From IMG/VR virus record IMGVR_UViG_3300046535_001092, positions 33,164 to 97,163 of that record: a DNA stretch of 64,000 bases; one strand, 5' to 3'. The first letter of the stretch is position 1. The number at the start of each line of letters is the position of its first letter. Shown here one piece after another: positions 62,303-64,000 of this stretch. Origin of the DNA: a virus. The notes beneath the pieces are model-generated. The model ran no database searches. It was not told the origin of the DNA and was given only the letters and a program-made list of their open reading frames with translations. Made by a program: the position numbers and the translations under genes.

Positions 62303-63351
62303 TATCTACGTCTACGCTGAATCATGATTGTAGGGCGGGCGATATAACCTAAGGATGCGGCACCTGAGCTAAATGGTGTTAGCGCACCCCATGAGAGAAA
62401 CGTTGAAGAAACTTTCTGGTTGTTGTAGCTGGCGGTGATGTAGTCGTCCGACCGCTTGATGGTCGAGACACGGACCTCGTCAAGATCCCCGTCGAAATAG
62501 ACTTCATCTAGTGATTGCCGGTTCCCTAAATCAAGTATCCCTGCGGCGGTCCCAGTTCCACCCGTTGCGCCAGCAGACGCTGATCCATTGTTCCACGTCT
62601 TGATGCCACCAGCACCTGTGCGCTGAAGGACGATGTGTAGCCAGCCACTCTGACCTATGTTGGCGTCGAGCGAACCTCTCACCTGCGTGATCACGCCCGT
62701 CGCATTATACTGCTGGATCTCGGCTCCTCCAGATGTATTACCGATAGCAAAAATGCCGCCAAAGGGAGTCGGCGCCACACCGCTATACTTGACAATAACC
62801 TCCATCGTGAAATCACCAGAACCGAGGTTCGTGGAAACCCCCTCCATGTATTGTGATGACGCCGCAACAAAGTGGGCGGCTCCTCCAGCAACTTCTGCTG
62901 CTGAGGCCGTTGCGCCGTGATTCGTGAGCGTATGACCGCCGCTCACTGAGCTATTCAGGCCGAGTGTGGTGCCATCGCCGAAATGGTAAACTTCCAAGAA
63001 GCTGCTGTCCCACGCCGAGGTTGAGGAACCATCAGTTGAGAGACTAGAATTACCAAAGGCTAGATAGAAGACTACGTTTGTTGAGGCGTCAAGGGTGGGA
63101 ATCTTGACATGCATCTCTAGCTGTCCTGTGATAGGAGTGTAGACTACAAGCTCAAAGGTAAGGGCTGTGGTGAGGGTGATGTCTGAATAGGGCCGGATGT
63201 CGAAGCCACTGCTATTGAGGACATACCCACCATTACCTGTAGTTTTAAGATCGGCGTCGGTGACATAGATTGCGACTGGGAAATCAGTAGAGTTCGATGA
63301 CCCACATTGGGTGTGATCTATTGTTACTGATTTGTAGTAAGTGAAAGCCAT
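62302..63351 (-). CDS. DUF2341 + LamG-like lectin protein
   Basis: TIDHT..DFPV..G.DIR..VKIP.L..Y.AFGN; then FTME..W.H..FDGDLDEVRVS. Confidence 0.8.
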   Translation of the reverse strand: MAFTYYKSVTIDHTQCGSSNSTDFPVAIYVTDADLKTTGNGGYVLNSSGFDIRPYSDITLTTALTFELVVYTPITGQLEMHVKIPTLDASTNVVFYLAFGNSSLSTDGSSTSAWDSSFLEVYHFGDGTTLGLNSSVSGGHTLTNHGATASAAEVAGGAAHFVAASSQYMEGVSTNLGSGDFTMEVIVKYSGVAPTPFGGIFAIGNTSGGAEIQQYNATGVITQVRGSLDANIGQSGWLHIVLQRTGAGGIKTWNNGSASAGATGGTGTAAGILDLGNRQSLDEVYFDGDLDEVRVSTIKRSDDYITASYNNQKVSSTFLSWGALTPFSSGAASLGYIARPTIMIQRRRR

Positions 63352-64000
63352 TATCTACGTCTACGGTATTGGATGGTAGGGCCTAGTGAGATAAAGCCTG
63401 CTGAACCTGACCCAGAAATAAATGAAGCAATTGTTACTTTACCGTCGCCAACTGACCATGTGACATTTTCAGAGGTCGCTGTGGTTTGGATTAGGTAGGC
63501 AATGCCATTTCCTATATGTTGGGCTGTAACGTTAGGTACGGCTATACCAGTAAATCCACTATCTACAGTCGCTGTAGCAGAGTCTATCGAACTCATCCCA
63601 GATACGACAACCTCATTATTCTGGGTAGGTGTAATACTTCCCGATTGGCCCGAGAAGTTTGAATTAAATTGATCTAGTGGTGATCCTGAGGCCCCAGAGA
63701 ATGCCACTACACCTATTGATGGAAATGAGCCAGCGCCAGGGCTAGTGAGTGTAAAAGTATGGCTTGAGTCTATAGTAGGTGAAACACAATAGTATAGTCT
63801 ATCGGTGCTATCTGTATTACCAATACTGACAATGGAGGTCCATGTATTTGACTTACTATCACTAAGTATTGGTTCTGTGGCACCGGAGTACCAAGAAGAA
63901 CTAATAACTATAAGGTTGGCTCCAGTTGTATTGATGGCCCCGGTTGTTATATTAATGCTATCTGTTGAACCAGCGATTACCGAGGCAATAAAACTATATG
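63351..64000 (-). CDS. beta-sandwich virion appendage protein (5' end just outside the window)
   Basis: Frame stays open from 63998 (YSFIASVIAG..INTTGANLIV..SDSKSNTWT), so it is longer than the 118-aa track ORF. Confidence 0.75.
   Translation of the reverse strand, partial: YSFIASVIAGSTDSINITTGAINTTGANLIVISSSWYSGATEPILSDSKSNTWTSIVSIGNTDSTDRLYYCVSPTIDSSHTFTLTSPGAGSFPSIGVVAFSGASGSPLDQFNSNFSGQSGSITPTQNNEVVVSGMSSIDSATATVDSGFTGIAVPNVTAQHIGNGIAYLIQTTATSENVTWSVGDGKVTIASFISGSGSAGFISLGPTIQYRRRR

Larger units (their letters stand above)
1..64000. other. Tailed dsDNA bacteriophage genome segment (podovirus-like), two convergent transcription arms
   Basis: Dense overlapping ORFs, phage PolA, helicase, holin/endolysin, gp4/gp10-like tail tube and ejection-type proteins; no tape measure and no host housekeeping genes. 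Confidence 0.93.

Noticed and set aside
1-64000. Stop-codon reassignment suggested by abundant TAG/CTAG
   Set aside because: Conserved genes (polymerase, helicase, ligases, tail) are intact in code 11, and several end at TAG exactly where the next gene starts
1-64000. CRISPR array, tRNA genes, DGR/retron
   Set aside because: No regularly spaced repeat-spacer array, no cloverleaf with a T-loop consensus and no reverse-transcriptase motif seen by eye; the Cas4-like nuclease sits in a replication context

Overview
This is a 64-kb part of a lytic-type dsDNA tailed phage genome (Caudoviricetes, most likely a podovirus) in the standard genetic code. Two convergent arms meet at a bidirectional terminator near 29,990. 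The + arm (1-29,972) carries early and middle genes: a phiEco32-type peptide-ligase cluster (COOH-NH2 ligase, amidoligase, class II glutamine amidotransferase, ATP-grasp), many Zn-finger and membrane microproteins, a putative replication origin followed by an AAA_25/RepA-like helicase, a PD-(D/E)xK exonuclease, a resolvase, an AAA_24 ATPase, an SSB-like protein, a Dam-type methylase, a UDG-PolA fusion polymerase and nucleotide-pool enzymes. It also holds a self-promoted secreted metalloprotease cassette. The - arm (30,034-64,000) carries a secreted trypsin-like protease, an exonuclease, about ten low-complexity internal/ejected virion proteins, a holin plus SLT endolysin, a HiPIP-like [4Fe-4S] protein, P22 gp4/gp10-like tail tube proteins and a large set of appendage proteins. 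Capsid, portal, terminase and primase are not recognisable in the window. The best candidates for new biology are: (1) a 933-aa tandem-repeat protein flanked by lectin/propeller proteins that share short C-terminal tags, a possible scaffold-and-dock appendage system; (2) an origin-like region with four exact G6 tracts, a GNA-triloop hairpin and paired palindromes; (3) a signal-less HiPIP among virion genes; (4) an unassigned structured RNA behind a small membrane peptide. All family assignments come from motif recognition by eye, not database searches.
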